Assembly (NCBI GenBank): GCA_001244265.2
Contig: CDLV01000015.1
Location: 558,001-622,000, forward strand
Direction: 5' to 3'
DNA: 64,000 nucleotides
From: Microbotryum violaceum
Lineage: Eukaryota
Made by a program: the position numbers and the translations under genes. Positions within the stretch are counted from its first letter, which is position 1. The number at the start of each line of letters is the position of its first letter. Under the pieces are notes generated by a model. The model did not search any database and was not told where the DNA came from. It was given only the letters and a program-made list of their open reading frames with translations. Below are positions 25,513 to 37,369 of this stretch, in pieces.

Positions 25513-26107
25513 TGATGGATCTCGCCGAATGGAATGGTCGTTACGGCGTGGATCGGGAAGAAGGCTCGTTCGTTTTATTGGATCGTTTTTTTGCCCGACT
25601 TCCGACGGCTCAACAGCCAGCACTCGAGACTCAGCCAAGGAGGGCCATCGGGCGTTGTCGGGGTGACGAGTAGCTGGCGCTTGGCTGCGGCCTGTTAGTC
25701 ATTGGGGACCTCTATCCCTGGCTTCGACCCCTTTCTTGGTCCCTCGGGTGTGTCCCCCCTCCTCCCCCTCCTTTCCCCTTGTTTTAGTATTTTACTTTCT
25801 CGGTGTTCCCGTTTGTGACTTTCTGTATATTCTCTTCCTTCTTTCTCTAGGCGCTCTTGCCTGGTTTCGAGTATCTTCGCTCCCGCGCTTGGGACGTGAA
25901 GCGGCAGCAGTACTCACCCCCGTTGGAGTCCGCGTTAGGTGCTCGGCGGGCTTTGATCTGCGCAGCGCTCTTTGCGCGCAGGGGTTTGATTTTCACCCAG
26001 CTGCTTGTCGTCGTTGCTTTATTACCTCTTTTAGCTCTTTTTGTAGCGATTCTAGCCAACCCGAAGGATCGTAATTTATGAGCCCAGTTAAACAAAAAAA
26101 AAAAAAA

Positions 26108-26882
26108 CGCTCTTTGCGTCGGAGGCTTTGTGAAGTTTTTCCCTCTTCTTTCCCCCCTTTTTCCCTTCCCTTCCTCTTCTCGTTCCTGTTGCTCGGTTGT
26201 TGACTACGCTTCAGCCACTTCTCCTTTTACACCTAAGCCGTGTGTTGGATTCCGTTGAATGGTTCGTTCGTTCGCGTTGGTCAAGATCTACGGCATGGCT
26301 CGGGAAGGAAGGTCGCTCGTTTCTGGTCAATATCCTCGCGTCAACGCGAGGCTCGTTTCGTTGTACTGGATCGCTTTTCTCTCGGCCCCGACGGCTCAAC
26401 AGCCAGCACTCGAGATTCAGCCAAGGGAGGACATCAGGCGCTGTCGGGGTGACGAGTAGCTGGGGCTTGGCTGCGGCCTGTTAGTCCCTGGGGACCTCTA
26501 CCTCCGGCTTCGACCCCTCCCTTGGCCCCTCGGGTGTGTTCCCCTCCTCTCTGTCACAGTATTCCTGGTTCTCCTTATCCCCAGTCGTGACTTTCTCTAT
26601 ATTCTCCCCCTTCTTTCTCTAGGCGCCCTTGCCTTATTTTCGAGTATCTTCGCTCCCCCTCTTGGGACGTGAAGCGGCAGCAGTACTCACCGCCCGTTGG
26701 AGTCCGCGTTAGGTGCTCGGCGGGTTTTGATCTGCGCAGCGCTCTTTGCGCGCAGGGGTTTGACTTTCACCCAACTGCTTGCCGTCGTTGCTTTATAACC
26801 TCCTTTAGCTCTTTTTGTAGCGGTCCCAGCCAACCCGAAGGATAGCAATTTATGAGCCCCAGTCAAAAACAAAACAAAAAAA
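26108..26882 (+). repeat. LINE family A 3'-UTR fragment with A-rich tail
   Basis: Colinear with ~25378-26107; ends tatgagccccagtc-aaaaacaaaacaaaaaaa. Confidence 0.9.
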
Positions 26883-27083
26883 CCCGCTTTCATTCGTCTC
26901 CTGGGGGGAGCAACCGCTTGGCTGGGGCACTTGAATCCCAAGTATCGGATTGGTGGACACCGGCCCGTTTCTCGCATCTTGCGGGCGGTTTGTGTTATTA
27001 TCGTCAACTTCCATCTAGTTTTTCCGTAGGCCAATCAGGGGGAACAGGAATTGGGGGCAATACGATAAATATATCTACAAAAA
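26883..27083 (+). repeat. LINE family B 3'-end fragment
   Basis: Near-identical to ~31870-32065; followed by a degenerate A-like piece to ~27290. Confidence 0.9.
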
Positions 27084-27572
27084 TCCTCGTGATTGCCCTG
27101 CTAAGTCTGCCCTTCCTCTCTCTCTTCCTGCCTGATGGCTCAGATACAAAAAATTGGGCCACACCCCCTTCCTCCTTTTCCTGCTTTTGGATATAAGCTG
27201 ATTGCGTTGGATCGGCAAGCAGGATCGCGCGCTTGGGTCAAGATTCTTGCGACACGGCGAGCCTGGTTCGGAATTTTTGTTTGGAGCGTTCGCTCGGCAC
27301 ACACTAAAGACTCGAAAGCAACCTGTCGGCAAACCGTTAAACGCTGCAGCAAGCGCGGGCGGCTATGCACGTCGAGAGCAGGTGAGTGTGCGGACGCCGA
27401 TGGTCGGAACGAGCAACTCACCGAGGAAAACGCTGCGCAAGGGGGCCGAAGCTATTCACCTGAACAGACCAAAAAAAGCACAAAAGAGCGTAGGCCAGAA
27501 GGTGACGAACGAAACGACACCGCATTGAGATCTGCGGAAAAAATGAAGGAAGAAAAAATTAGTTGGTAGACA

Positions 27573-27644
27573 AGGTCCCAGCCGGAGTCGAACCGGCCTC
27601 CCCCGGATCAGAACCGGATGTACTAGCCGATATACTATGGGACC
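27573..27644 (-). tRNA. tRNA-Gln(CTG), intronless
   Basis: 72-nt cloverleaf GGTCCCA..TCCGG-TT-CTG-AT-CCGGG..GGTTCGACTCC..TGGGACC T; T6 about 14 bp downstream. Confidence 0.95.
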
Positions 27645-27689
27645 GCTGGAGGGCGCGGTGCGTTAAAACATAATAATATCAAACGCAAA

Positions 27690-27699
27690 GTCACGTGAC
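27690..27699. promoter_or_regulatory. GTCACGTGAC palindrome at the tRNA-array junction
   Basis: Perfect 10-bp palindrome 46-55 bp upstream of tRNA-Gln(CTG). Confidence 0.55.
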
Positions 27700-27703
27700 A
27701 GCA

Positions 27704-27789
27704 ACCCAACTGCTTGCCGTCGTTGCTTTATAACCTCCTTTAGCTCTTTTTGTAGCGGTCCCAGCCAACCCGAAGGAAAAAAAAAAAAA
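27704..27789 (+). repeat. Short LINE A 3' fragment with poly(A)
   Basis: Matches ~26770-26841 and ~34600-34672, followed directly by an A-run. Confidence 0.9.
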
Positions 27790-27790
27790 C

Positions 27791-30700
27791 GGCGGTGATC
27801 TCAACGACTGCCCGCGCCGCCGCCCAGAAGTCGATCGGCGGAACCAAAGTCGGCGCGGCCACCACTGGCCAATCCTGATCGGCAAGCTCGACTCGGCCTA
27901 CACGGACTGCATCCGCTACAAACACCCCATCACCCCATCCTTCACTCGACCTAATCCCAATCGCAAGCGACCCAACTCCTTCTCCCGGCTTGACTACTTT
28001 CTCCTGCAACGGACACACCAAAAAAGACTCGATCAGGCCTCGACGATCTACGACTATCCCAAGGAGCTTTCCGATCACCGACCGGTCTTGATTGTGCTGG
28101 CTCTCTCAGACGATCCTGATGCGACCCTCCCACAGCTCAGCCTACCTACCACATCAAACCAACTACATCGAATCAACACCACAACCTTTAAGACGGTGGA
28201 ATTCCAGCGGATGATGGAAGGATGGTTGGAAGGGGCAAGCGGGGAGGAACCGGTGGGGAAGCTCGAGGTCATTCTGAAGGCGTGCAGGGATAGGGGTGGG
28301 GAGATGGCGAGGAGGCTGCATCGGGAGCGGACGGAACGGATGGAGTATTTGGTGGGGAGGGTGCAGGATCTGGAGGCGATACCGGAATGGGGGGAGGCGG
28401 AAACGGCAGAATGGACAAGGACGTCCGAGGAACTCAAGCGGGCGGTCGAGGAGCGCGCGCGCCTACTCCGGATCCGAGCCCACGTACCCGAGATCGCCTC
28501 CGAGGAACGACTGTCGCGGCCGGTCCACGCCAAGCTCGCGGCGCGGAACTCGGACTCCAAGATCACAGCACTGCGCTTGAGCAACGGAGAGCTAACGCAT
28601 GACATTGATGTCGCTCTTGACCACACGCAGGCGCATTTCCAGCGCCTCTACCACATCGAGCCTCGTGACCCGGACCGCGTCGACCGACTTCGGGACGAAT
28701 TCCTCGCGCCGATCAGGGCGGCGCGGACTTGCGACGACCCGCGCTCGGATCCTCTCTTTCTGCGCCGACTCTCGGAATCGCAGATCGACTTACTCCAGCG
28801 ACCAATCACCGAGGACGAGGTCGTGGCCGCGATCGGGACGACGCACCCGGGGCGATCGCCGGGACCGTCGGGCGTGCCCTACGAACTCTACCAGACCGCA
28901 CCCAAGGCGTGGGCCAAGGTGCTGACCAAGGCCTACAACGCGATGATAGAGCGAGGCTCACTCTCTCCCAAGCAGTGCCAAGGACTCGTGCGCCTCATCT
29001 TCAAGCGACACAAGAAGAATGCCGATCGCGCCGAACTTTCGTCGTACCGGCCGATCACCCTGCGCGAGTGCGATTACAAGATCTTTACCAAGTTCTATGT
29101 CGCCCGTTTGAACCAGATTCTACCCGATCTCCTCCCGCCGCAGCAGCACGGATTCGTCAAGGACCGCCGATCGGCTGACGCTGCACTACACCTTCGTCTC
29201 CTGATCGAGGAAGTTGGCGCGCGCAGGACCGAGTTCCCCGCGGCCGCACTCTTATCTCTTGACCAATCGTCCGCCTACGACCTCGTCGAGCATGACTGGA
29301 TCTTTGCCATCTTTGACGCTCTGGGCGCTCCTGCCACCTTTCTTCGCGTGCTGAGGATGCTCTACTCGGGTGACTCGACCTCGGCCCGCTACATCATCAA
29401 TGGGTTCTTGACGGCGCCGGTACGACTGACGTGTGGGCTCGGCCAAGGGGACCCGGCGTCGTCGTCGGTCTGGGACATCGTGTTTCAGCCGTTTCTGGAT
29501 GCTCTACACCGTCGAAACATCGCGCTGAATCTCTCCATACCTGCACTTCATCCGTACCCACAGAGCCGCGCCATTACATCGCTTGCTTTTGCCGATGACG
29601 TTGTCGTCGCCGTCGCGGGCTTGGGGTCACTCAACTTGCTCGATGACCTGGCGCTCGACTGGAGGCATGCAACGAATGGCCGGCTCAACACGGACAAGAC
29701 GGTCGTCCTACCGATCGGACGCCGCTGGGACCCGGGGCAACGCCCGCTCGTCGTCAAGGCCGCAGGCGAGTCGCTCGAGTGGATCGGCCTCCCCTTCGAC
29801 CGAGCGGCGACACCGAACTCGCCTACGCGAATCTCATCGAACGCCTCGAGGCGACGCTGGAAGGGGTTCAGCATCGCTGGCTCACACACCACACCCGTGC
29901 CTTTTACGTCAATCGGTACGCCATCCCCAAGATCCTGCACTTCCTTGCAGCTGACATCCCGCCGCCCGAAGTCGTCAAGAAGCTCGATGACATGCTCGTC
30001 GATTTCGTCCGTGGGGGCAAGGGCAGGACCAGCTACGGCAGAGATATCGTGTTCACAGCCAAGCTCAAGGGGGACTCGGGGTGATCAGGATGCAGGACGT
30101 CGTGGACGCGGTTGCGGCACGGATCTGGGACGTTCTTCTCGGCGGTTCGGGCGCGATCTGGCAAGGACTTGCGCGCGCGGCACTCCAGCGAGCTCAGTCC
30201 GACCTCGACCTGGCCACCGATCTCTGGCCACATCCATCCACTCCCATCCCCAGCGACCTCCATCCCCGATGGCGAGCAGCATTGGGGGTTCCGAAACAGC
30301 AAGACGCGCAGGTCAACCCGAGGACCTTGACCACCGCGAACTCGCTCGCGCTTCCCACCTTGCTCGGCAGCCTCCACACCCCCATCAGAGGGAGACAGAC
30401 CATCGACGCGGTTCATATACCTGACTACCTTCGTCTCCAGGGCTACCCGAAGGTGGCGGATCTCTATCGGCGCGAGTTGTATGCGGGTGAGGGGTTTCAC
30501 CTTTGGACGCCACCTGCGGATGTGCTCGGTGACAACAGCGAGTACGATCGACGCGGGCTCCCGCAGCGACTGGCAATCGCGGCCTGGTACCGGTTCACTG
30601 TCGATCGACACAAGAACGCGCCCTTGGCGGTGGCAGTGGCGGCAGGACGGCTCAACGTGCCTCCCCGGATCGGCACCAGCGCACCGCTCGAGGCGATTCT

Positions 30701-32071
30701 CCCCAAGCCCGTGGCCCGCTTCTCAATGGAGCAGCGCCTTCCGGACCGGGTGCTTCCACAGCAGGCGAGCCAGTACAAGCTGTTGAACATGGCTCGACCG
30801 TACACCATCCGTCGCATCCGCCGGGTCCTGAACGCGAAGGCCTTTACCAACACGCTCGGGCTCAAGGGACCACTGCAGCCGGGCGATCTCAGGAGCTTCT
30901 GGAAGGCGGTCAACTCGAAGGCACTGACGGCGAGGGAGAGGGAAGTTTGGTTCAAGCTGATTCTCCGCTTCACCCCGACGCGCAAGCTGCAACACCAACA
31001 GAATCACGACACTTCTCCCGCGTGCCTCGTCTGCGAAGCGCCGGTGGACGACACCGACCACTACTTTTTCGGCTGCGTTAACTCGCGGAATGTCTGGATC
31101 GCGGCAAGGGGCGTGCTCTGCGACGCACTCGGGTGCGACACGATTGAGGACGCCCAGTACACGACACTGCAACGGCTCTTTGGCCTCCCCAAGCTCAAGG
31201 CCAAGCTCAGCGAACAGGAAGGGGCGGGCAGGACGATCGAGATGTTCACGGGGATGGTTTTGGAAATGATCAGCAGTGGGAGATGGGGGATGCAGAAGCA
31301 CGGGACGAGGATGGAAAGCGTGGAGAGGAGGAGAGTGGTACTGGAGGAGAGGATGAAGTTGAGGGCGGGAGGAGCAGGGGGCGGGCGAGGGCAGTAGAGG
31401 CTGGGTTCGATTTCCCCCCCACCACACCCCACACACACACACCATCACGCTTCATCTTCCAACAAAACACTGTATACTAAATATCTTGCTTTCATCTTTC
31501 ATCTATTACAGGTCTGCCTTCGTTGCTCATGGACCGGCTCGCGATTTGAGATTGACTCGACGGTGACTCGCGCTCTTTGGCTTCGGGGTTCTGAGTCAAG
31601 GGAGGGATCAGCAGACACAGGCAGAAAGTCGGCTTTGAGGGGCCAGGGACTGCTGAGGTGGAGGTTTTGAGGGGCCTCCACCGCGTCTTGTTGTGACCGA
31701 GCATAGACTTGGGACTTCGCGGGTCAGGGTAGCTGCGCAGTCGCTCTCTTGTCTTTGTCTCGACCGAGTTGGGAAGTGACGGCGGGGTGGGTCTCTTGTC
31801 GTTAGTCAATTATTTTATTACTCTTTCTCTTTCTCTCTCTCTCTTCTTCTCTCTCTCATCTCCTCTCTCTCATTCGTCTCCTGGGGGGAGCAACCGCTTG
31901 GCTGGGGCACTTGAATCCCAAGTATCGGATTGGTGGACACCGGCCCGTTTCTCGCATCTTGCGGGCGGTTTGTGTTATCATCGTCGACTCCCATCTAGTT
32001 TTTCCGTAGGCCAATCAGGTGGAACAGGAATTGGGGGCAATATGATGAACAGTTTCTACCAAAAAAAAAAA
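27791..32071 (+). mobile_element. 5'-truncated L1-like non-LTR retrotransposon, family B
   Basis: Frame open from GGDLNDCP (27791) through [16 protein letters not shown] motifs ([12 protein letters not shown]) and CLVC..DHYFFGC; frameshifts ~29800 and ~30070; stop at 31397; 3' UTR; poly(A) at 32061-32071. Confidence 0.93.
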
Positions 32072-34251
32072 GCGTCTGGAATGTGCTTCTTGGCGGTTCG
32101 GATGCGATCTGGCAGGGACTTGCGCGCGCGGCGATTGTACGAGCCCATCCCACCCCCGACTTTGACTTGGCAACTGATGCGTGGTCTTGCGACTACACTC
32201 CGATCCGAACCGATCTACACCCAAGATGGCAGGCCGTGCTGAAGGTACCATCGACGCACAATGCGCAAGTCAAGCCGAGGACGTTGACGCTCGCGAATCT
32301 TCTCGCCCTTCCGATCAAGTTGCACACCCTTCACTACCTACCGGGAGCACCAGCTGTGTCGCGATCACCCTACGACGTCGACTATGCTGCGTTTGCCATT
32401 TACGCCAAGGTAGCGGACCTGTTCCGACGCGAGCTGTACCCGGGTGGGGGCTTTCATCTCTGGACGCCGCCGACGGATGTGGTCGTCAGCAACAGCGAAT
32501 ACGATCAACGGGGCCGCCCACAACGAGAGCACGTTGTGGCATGGTACCGACATGCGATCAATCGATTAAGGTTCACACAAATAGCTCAACCGGTGGCGGC
32601 AGTACGAATCAACGGGCCTCCCCGAGTCCGCCCCAGATCCGAGGTCCGCCCCACCACGCCGCTCGAGTCGATCCTGCCCCATCCGATCGACCCGCCGCAG
32701 CGCCTTCCGAGACCGGCTCTCCCAGACCAATCAACACAATACAACTTGCTCAGCATGGATCGTCCATACACCATCCGTCGCGTCCGCCGAGTCTTGAATG
32801 CAAAGGCCTTTACCGACACGATCGGTTTCAGGGACTCGCTGCAGCCCGACGATATCAAGGGATTCTGGAAGGGGGTCAACTCGAAGGCATTGACGGCGAG
32901 GGAACGCGAGGTGTGGTTCAAGCTCGTCAGAAACTTCACCCCGACTCGGAGTCTGCAGTTTCATCAAAAGCACGACGACTCGCCCGCGTGCCTCGTCTGT
33001 GGAGCGCCCAAGGACGATCGGAAGCACTACTTCTTCGACTGCGTTGACTCTAGGAACGTTTGGATCGCGGCAAGGGGCGTGCTCTGCGACGCACTGGGGC
33101 TCGACACGATCGAAAACACGCATCACACGGCCGTTCAACACATGTTCGGATTTCCGAAGCTCAAGGCCAGTCTGCGCGATCAAGAAAGAGCGGGGAGGAC
33201 GATCGAAATATTCACCGGGCTGGTCTTGGAGATGATCAGCAGCGGGAGGTGGGGGATGCAGAAGTGGGGGACGAGGATGGAGGGTGTTGGGAGGAGGAGG
33301 ATCATCTTGGAGGAGAGGTTGAAGCTGAGGGCGGGAGGAGCTTGGGGGAGGAGAGGGCAGTAGAGGCTGGGTTCGACTTTTCCCCCATCACCACACACAC
33401 ACACCATATTCTCGTGACATCATTTTCTCCTACTGTACACTAAATAGCTCGCTTTCATCTTTCATTTGTTACAGGTTCAACGTTGCGGAGCATGGACCAT
33501 CTCGCGATTTGGCGTCGACTCGGTGTGGCTCGCGCTCTTCGGCTTCGGGGTTCTGAGTCAAGGGAGGGATCAGCAGACACAGGCAGAAAGTCGGCTTTGA
33601 GGGGCCAGAGACTGCTGAGGTGGAGGTTATGAGGGGCCTCCACCGCGTCTTGTTGTGACCGAGCATAGACTTGGGACTTCTCGGGTCAGGGTAGCTGCGC
33701 AGTCGTTCTCCTGTCTTTGTCTCAACCGAGTTGGGGAGTTGGGAAGTGGGTGCGGGGTGGGCCTCCTGTCTTGGCAGAAAGTCGGCTTTGAGGGGCCAGG
33801 GACTGCCGATGGGGGAGGTTTTGAGGGACCTTCACCGCGTCTTGTTGTGACTGAGCAGAGACTTGGAGCGTCGAGGGTCGTGGTGGTTGCGCAGTCGTGC
33901 TCTTGTCTTCGTCTCGACCGAGTGGGAAGTGGCTGTGGGGTGGGCCTTCTGTCGTTAGTACATTTCTTTTCTTTCTTTTTTTCTCTTCATATCTCTTTCT
34001 CTCTCTCATTAGTCTCTTGGGGGGAGCAACCGCTTGGCTAGGGCATTTGAATCCGAATCTCGGATTGGTGGACTTGGCTCGTTTCTCGCACTTTTGCGGG
34101 CGGTTTGTGTTATCATCGTAGTCTTCCATCTAGTTTTTCCGTAGGCCAAAACAGGGGGAACAGGAACTGAGGGCAATATGATGAACGTTTCTACAAAAAC
34201 AAAAAACAAATCTACCAAAACAAACAAAAACAAAACTATCAAAAAAAAAAA
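32072..34251 (+). mobile_element. More heavily truncated family B variant (C-terminal ORF2 plus 3' UTR)
   Basis: ORF 32083-33363 paralogous to ~30130-31397; 3' UTR has a ~190-bp tandem duplication (33581-33953); A-rich tail. Confidence 0.9.
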
Positions 34252-34704
34252 CCCCCGTCTTCATCAGGCGCTGTCGGGGTGACGAGTAGCTGGGGCTTGG
34301 CTGCGGCCTGTTAGTCCCTGGGGACCTCTACCTCCGGCTTCGACCCCCTCCCTCGGCCCCTCGGGTGTGTTCCCCTCCTCTCTGTCTTAGTATTCCTGGT
34401 TCTCCGTATCCCCAGTTGTGACTTTCTGTATACTCTCCCCCTTCTTTCTCTAGGCGCTCTTGCCTCGTTTTCGAGTATCTTTACTCCCGCTCTTGGGACG
34501 TGAAGCGGCAGCAGTACTCACCGCCCGTTGGAGTCCGCGTTAGGTGCTCGGCGGGTTTTGATCTGCGCAGCGCTCTTTGCGCGCAGGGGTTTGACTTTCA
34601 CCCAACTGCTTGCCGTCGTTGCTTTATAACCTCCTTTAGCTCTTTTTGTAGCGGTCCCAGCCAACCCGAAGGATTGCAATTTATGAGCCCCAGTCAAAAA
34701 AAAA
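34252..34704 (+). repeat. LINE family A 3'-UTR fragment with poly(A)
   Basis: Near-identical to ~26433-26868. Confidence 0.9.
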
Positions 34705-35000
34705 CCCCCGACTTGCAAATTAGCGATGAGTTTCATACAAAAAAAACCCCCCGAGGAAAAAACGAGGTATCATCGCCGACTTCCATCTAGTTTTTCCGCA
34801 GGCCAAAGGGGAAAAAAGAATTAGAGGCGAATCAATGTTTCTAAAACAAGAAATGAATGCTATTGGATTGGCGGACACCGGCCCGTTTCTCGCACGTTAG
34901 CGAGCGGTTTGTTGTCATCGTCGACTTCCATCATCTAGCTCTTTCGTGGGCCAAAGAGAGGGACAGGAGTTGGGGAAAATACGATGAGCAGTTTTTATAG
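34705..35000 (+). repeat. Two or three short, decayed family B 3'-end fragments
   Basis: ttccatctagtttttccgcaggccaa and ggattggcggacaccggcccgtttctcgcac match the B tail with many substitutions. Confidence 0.8.
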
Positions 35001-35911
35001 CCCAGAAAGTCCTTTACTACTATTCTCTCTTGAGACCGCAGTGGTTGAACACACCCTCAGCTGCTGATCTTTCTCTGAAGGCATAGCTAAAGAGCTCGCG
35101 GGCTCGAATTTCGTCTAGTGATTATATCGCGGCGCTCTAGTAAGCAGAAAAAGCTGCCTTCCCATTGAAAAATGACCGATACACTCACTCAAGTGCCTTC
35201 AAGTAAATCCTGGAGTCTTCAATTCGCAAGCTCCGGGATCTCTCTTCTTTTTACGATCGCCGGTGAACCATCAAGGGTTTAATTTCAATACTTGGATTGG
35301 CATGTTGGCTGACAATTGGGCGTAGCAATGCGAGGCATGCTTTACAAAACGAAATGACAAACATCTTCATGTCGTGATTGCTCTGGACCGCTTTTTCCTG
35401 TTTGGATAGCGGTCCCGGACAATTCTAGGGATTGTCATCTACGAGCCCCGGTAAGACAAAAAAAGGACAATAAAAAAGACCCTTCTTGGATCTTCGGTCC
35501 AATCAAGCGCAAAACGGAGATATGCTTGACGAAAGCCCGTGACTCCGTAGCTCTCCTCAATCTACGGTGTATGCGATCCACATAAAGACGCGGCGCTTCC
35601 TTCGCCTTCACGTTTGCGATTACTCGTTTTCGGACGGTAAAGGGAGACGACAGAATGCTGCCGTGCTTTCGACGAGTGATCCCACATAGTAGTATCATTA
35701 CGCGATGAGGGACTTCTGACTGTTTGTGTGTGCAGGGCTGACGCGTGCTAAAGCCCTCCACCGGTTGAAACAGACCCAGTCGACCAGACACTCGCTCGAC
35801 GTCGGTCCGTGGAAAATAGCACGACAAGGGAGGCACAGAAACTTGGTTTCCCTATTACTGCTGCCCTCGCATAATAAATACACAACAACTCGCTCCCAGC
35901 TCGTCTCAAGC

Positions 35912-37096
35912 TCACGCCTTGCGCCTCCTGGCCTTGCCCTTCCTGCCACTCATCCCCTTGCGCATGACTTCGACCGTCTTGCGCTTCGTATACGCCTTGG
36001 CCTGCTCGTCCTCGACCAACTCCTCGACGAAGGACCTCTTCTTGACCCTGCCGACGGGATCGGCGTTGGTCGGGCGTTGGGATTCGTTGAGCACGTGCCC
36101 GACTTGGAAAAATTCGGGAAGCTTGGAATCGGCTTTGGCAGCGTCGCCTCGGTAGAAACGCTTGGGGTCGAGGGCGTTGCGTAGTCGCATCGCTTGGACC
36201 TCGCGTTTAAGTTGAGGGGTTATGGCTGGTGCGGGCATGTTGAACCATGAAGGTCCTGCCGTTGGTGGGTGACGCTGCAAACGAGAGAGCAGATCGTCAG
36301 TTTCGAAAAAGTAAAATTTTTGCGCTTCGGTCGATAGTCTCTCGCCGCACTGCCTTGATGTCCTTCTTGCTCAAACTCTTCATCGGCATCATTCCCCACT
36401 TGTCACCCTTGATGACCTTGCCCGAAGTCGATTTACTCGCGTTTACGATCGCAGATTCTCGCATGCTCGTTTCGGGTTTGATATTGTCCGCTCGCACGGG
36501 CTTGTTCGAAATCGTGTTGAGGCCGCGGTTCACTTTAAGCGGTGCGACGAGAGATTTGGGGATCAGAGAACTTTTCGAAGTCGATGCTTTGGGTCTGTCG
36601 AAAGATCGGAATGTCAGACTTGGGGGATGCGCATAGTATAGGAACCGAGAGGAATGGTAAGGACAACTCACTCGTCCTGACCACTGTCATCCTCCTCGTC
36701 ATCGTCGTCGTCACTGGATTCATCATCGTCTTGTTCATGTCCGAATGTAATGATCTCGTCATTGTTGGCTAGTGCATCGCCATCTTGTACCGCCTTGCCC
36801 TTGCCCTTGCCCTTGCTGTTACTCTGACTGTTACTCTGACTGGCAGCGGCTTGCCTCGCCTTGAGCAACAAGTGCTTCATCTGCCGTCGTGTCTGCAAAT
36901 CCAATGGATCGTCATCGTCTTTCTCGTCGTCCACATCGTCAGTTGAAGAATCCGATTCTCCCTTCTCCGACGACGAGGAAGAGGATTGGTCGACGGAATG
37001 GCTCGACACGGAAGCGATGGTCGTGTCCTTTGTTGGAGAGAGGAGAGGAGGTCGAAGGGAGGTCGAAGAGGAGGTGGCTCTTGTTATGGACGGCAT
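35912..37096 (-). CDS. FCF2: rRNA-processing protein Fcf2
   Basis: TAGPSWFNMPA..KREVQAMRLRNALDPKRFY..PEFFQVG..SFVEELV; acidic N-terminus; two introns. Confidence 0.9.
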
Positions 37097-37369
37097 GAGG
37101 ATGTGGTGGGAAGATGGGCGAGGATGGTGAGTTGGTGGGCTTAACGGAGGGGGAGCGCGCGAGCTTCGCAGCCGACGAACCCGACCGGCGCGCGGTGTCG
37201 GGCGGTGTGTGGCGCGGCGCGTGCTCGGTTGACTAATAATTGCGATTTATTTATTACGAATGCGGAACTGGCGAATTGGTGAGTTCACAAACCAAACTTT
37301 TGCAAGAGCGTTCCTCCCCACAAACATCCCTACTTTTTGGCCACACAACAGCAGGGCCGTGCACCGATC

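Noticed and set aside
25736-27196. Repeated small ORFs in the A and B 3' UTR copies
   Set aside because: Starts and frames differ between copies; they recur only because the DNA is repeated
31399-31417. GGTTCGATTTCC after the family B stop codon as a Pol III B-box
   Set aside because: Imperfect consensus, less similar in the 33364 copy, no A-box seen
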